NCBI GenBank assembly: GCA_002104945.1
Contig: MCFH01000007.1
Span: 744,001-808,000 of the forward strand
Direction of reading: 5' to 3'
Origin: Piromyces finnis finn
Taxonomy: Eukaryota > Fungi > Neocallimastigomycota
DNA: 64,000 bases
In this document: positions 63,201 to 64,000 of the stretch, piece after piece
Numbering within the stretch: the first letter of the stretch is position 1
Layout of the letters: the number at the start of each line of letters is the position of its first letter
The notes under the pieces: model-generated
Seen by the model: the letters and a program-made list of their open reading frames with translations, nothing else
Database searches by the model: none
What the model was told of the DNA's origin: nothing
Translations under genes and position numbers: made by a program

Positions 63201-64000
63201 ATTGGAAATATGGAACAATATGATAAAAATAGTAATAACAATATCGATATGATTAGTGATGAAAGCATCAAAAAGAAAAATCATTTGAAATCTGTTTTAA
63301 AAAGTCATAATCGTCACTCCTTCCCTCAGTGTGGAACACCTTTTGAAATGTCACTTCTTACTCATATTCCATTAAATCAAATCGGGGATAAAGAAAATAA
63401 AATTTCAATACCAGGTGTTGAAACAATTGTTGTACGCCAAAGAAGAAAGTCAGTTAATTTTGATAGAAATGCTTTTGAAAAAGTTTGCTATTTTACCTCA
63501 ACAGAAAAGCCAAAAGATATTCATTCCCGTGACGTTCAAATTAAGGAAGATGAACAATCGTCCAATTCTATCCAAACTTTATTGAATACTGAAGTTCAAA
63601 AATTATTATCCGATGAAGTTACAGGAAAAGGTGAATATAGTAACTTTTCTGTTGGTAATAAAGATACAAGCGAAATTAACGAAAATACTACTGACAAAAC
63701 AGCAAAAGCAATAAAAACAACTACTGAACCTGAAACTATAGTCAATCTAGATATATCATCAGATTGCAAAGAGAAGATATCAAAAGAATCATTAACTTCT
63801 CTTAACTCTTTAACCTCCATTTCCGATTCAATTTCCATTTCAAAAGATTCCCAATCCTCAGAATCCAATACCCTTTCTATTACTATCAAAGCAGAAGTTG
63901 AACAACAAATTAAGAATAATTGTCTTTTAAAAGATTCATCTTTAAAGCTTAATGACCCGTCAGCTTCATGGTCACCCATTCCAAGAAATGTTATTCATTT
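60261..64000 (+). CDS. Very large low-complexity (N/S/D/E) protein, open to the window edge; probable PP1 glycogen-targeting subunit (Gac1/Gip2/PPP1R3-like)
   Basis: Reads as one uninterrupted frame from ATG 60261 to 64000 (over 1240 aa). It is absent from the ORF track because there is no stop in the window. It contains KSVLK (63288-63302), then FPQCGTP and RRKSVNFDRNAFEKVCYFTSTEKPKDI (about 63441-63525), resembling fungal PP1-targeting subunits (K.aL...PgTP...K.VHFD..LE.V..F...rP). A CBM21 domain is expected downstream but is not visible here. Confidence 0.65.
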   Translation, partial: MIKNLSFSQNQEICSKNWDSNNVSEYLKESSFDLNSEDRIKIKNNTSHEIEKKCLQESIKKKEILNKNFNSNNRLKKKKSETSSIIIPSSAPTSSPIDIIAKNKKSKNLSKSNIIMKNISNNYGMKNFDNKNFSCSVDDIYKIEPKSEFKAKTQLLKSLVETIEDDTEDTCYDIEYSERSFIDNLSICKSTSNGIVSESLNAPSVSEITVTPAVVSIINTKSEINDLKQDLERYSKNTINENKNNKSKFFSKKFFSRFKSFGWFDSQKRNNKKSSLSQSSTINYSVTISNLEEISTNSSSNSIKDQTDNEKSEITLVSSRNCNFEFTALNSDSLSSKDSDISKTFIINNSSKLSNEKLNEKENNEKCVLNNNILSNDSKISNEFNDNDEDKNKETIISETKFKSNKNNLFLQNNSDDSSLFSSSSLNDNAVSLSDIPITVSNDDNDYNLKENVDALDKIENFDEAQILSTSSPKFEVESENKLKNNIGDDITDDLNVISNIPMNMDEIEYIEEKIEENLENEISSTSSNMTSPSNIGILEYETESEVDAIQKMSNYDSDIEVEIIAISSPSEDNENSFNDDSINPPSNSKGNNNFINESKTDNIEINHLDFESIKVDAETNNTLSNDTQNYLYRMNNSMITQIDGKENESENFLYNLTNNKLDENLQKNNIIDDTNDLIKNDKDLYLNSTGLLSSSLSNDKVILSNKQTLYNDNGLNDNNNNNNNNKINTELPISNIIPLSINNTNLSTTTTNINLSHDNTLNTNIDIPETSTFTLSSKTSNITPSPTLNKILPINNNDNNYLLSESPSSISIPIDDDNKNNSLLNNENTESTTIQSEFIDSKKNEKSLLIPKEKDTDINNTDNPNYINLKQNLYDDVDIKNYQCSSEQSTDIVIDSLNESMNDEFKTTTTLEKEETLISKENPIGVAESSSKNDTNSEISKESTISNENIDEDDNNNDTKNEIKKEEVEKCKDMNKTGIIGNMEQYDKNSNNNIDMISDESIKKKNHLKSVLKSHNRHSFPQCGTPFEMSLLTHIPLNQIGDKENKISIPGVETIVVRQRRKSVNFDRNAFEKVCYFTSTEKPKDIHSRDVQIKEDEQSSNSIQTLLNTEVQKLLSDEVTGKGEYSNFSVGNKDTSEINENTTDKTAKAIKTTTEPETIVNLDISSDCKEKISKESLTSLNSLTSISDSISISKDSQSSESNTLSITIKAEVEQQIKNNCLLKDSSLKLNDPSASWSPIPRNVIH

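Noticed and set aside
61109-63979. Series of minus-strand Ser/Leu/Phe-rich ORFs
   Set aside because: Antisense shadows of the long plus-strand ORF that runs off the window.

Overview
Extremely AT-rich, intron-rich eukaryotic DNA with long homopolymer and microsatellite tracts. The composition, short GT-AG introns and bacterial-type sugar-binding protein/GPCR fusions point to an anaerobic gut fungus (Neocallimastigomycota); this is inferred, not proven. I reconstructed about 16 spliced genes by hand, in order: calnexin (5' part); a head-to-head pair of Agd3-like (CE18) secreted polysaccharide deacetylases; an SLC10/BASS-family symporter; DPH7; SEC62; an LKB1/STK11-like kinase; a coiled-coil protein; an Mpv17/PMP22 protein with an Asn-rich tail; an intact but catalytically degenerate phosphoglycerate kinase paralog; two tandem sugar-binding-protein/class C GPCR fusions, each with a PH-like cytoplasmic domain; TFIIIC tau95 (TFC1); MEA1-like; RPS19; and the 5' part of a very large probable PP1-targeting subunit. 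The most interesting items are the Agd3 pair without a GAG cluster (one copy carries an unrecognised tandem 6-Cys module), the SBP-7TM-PH receptor architecture, the pseudo-PGK, and the SLC10 protein with an altered Na+ site. No rRNA, tRNA or CRISPR array was seen. All exon structures and family calls come from manual reading and remembered family motifs; no searches were run.
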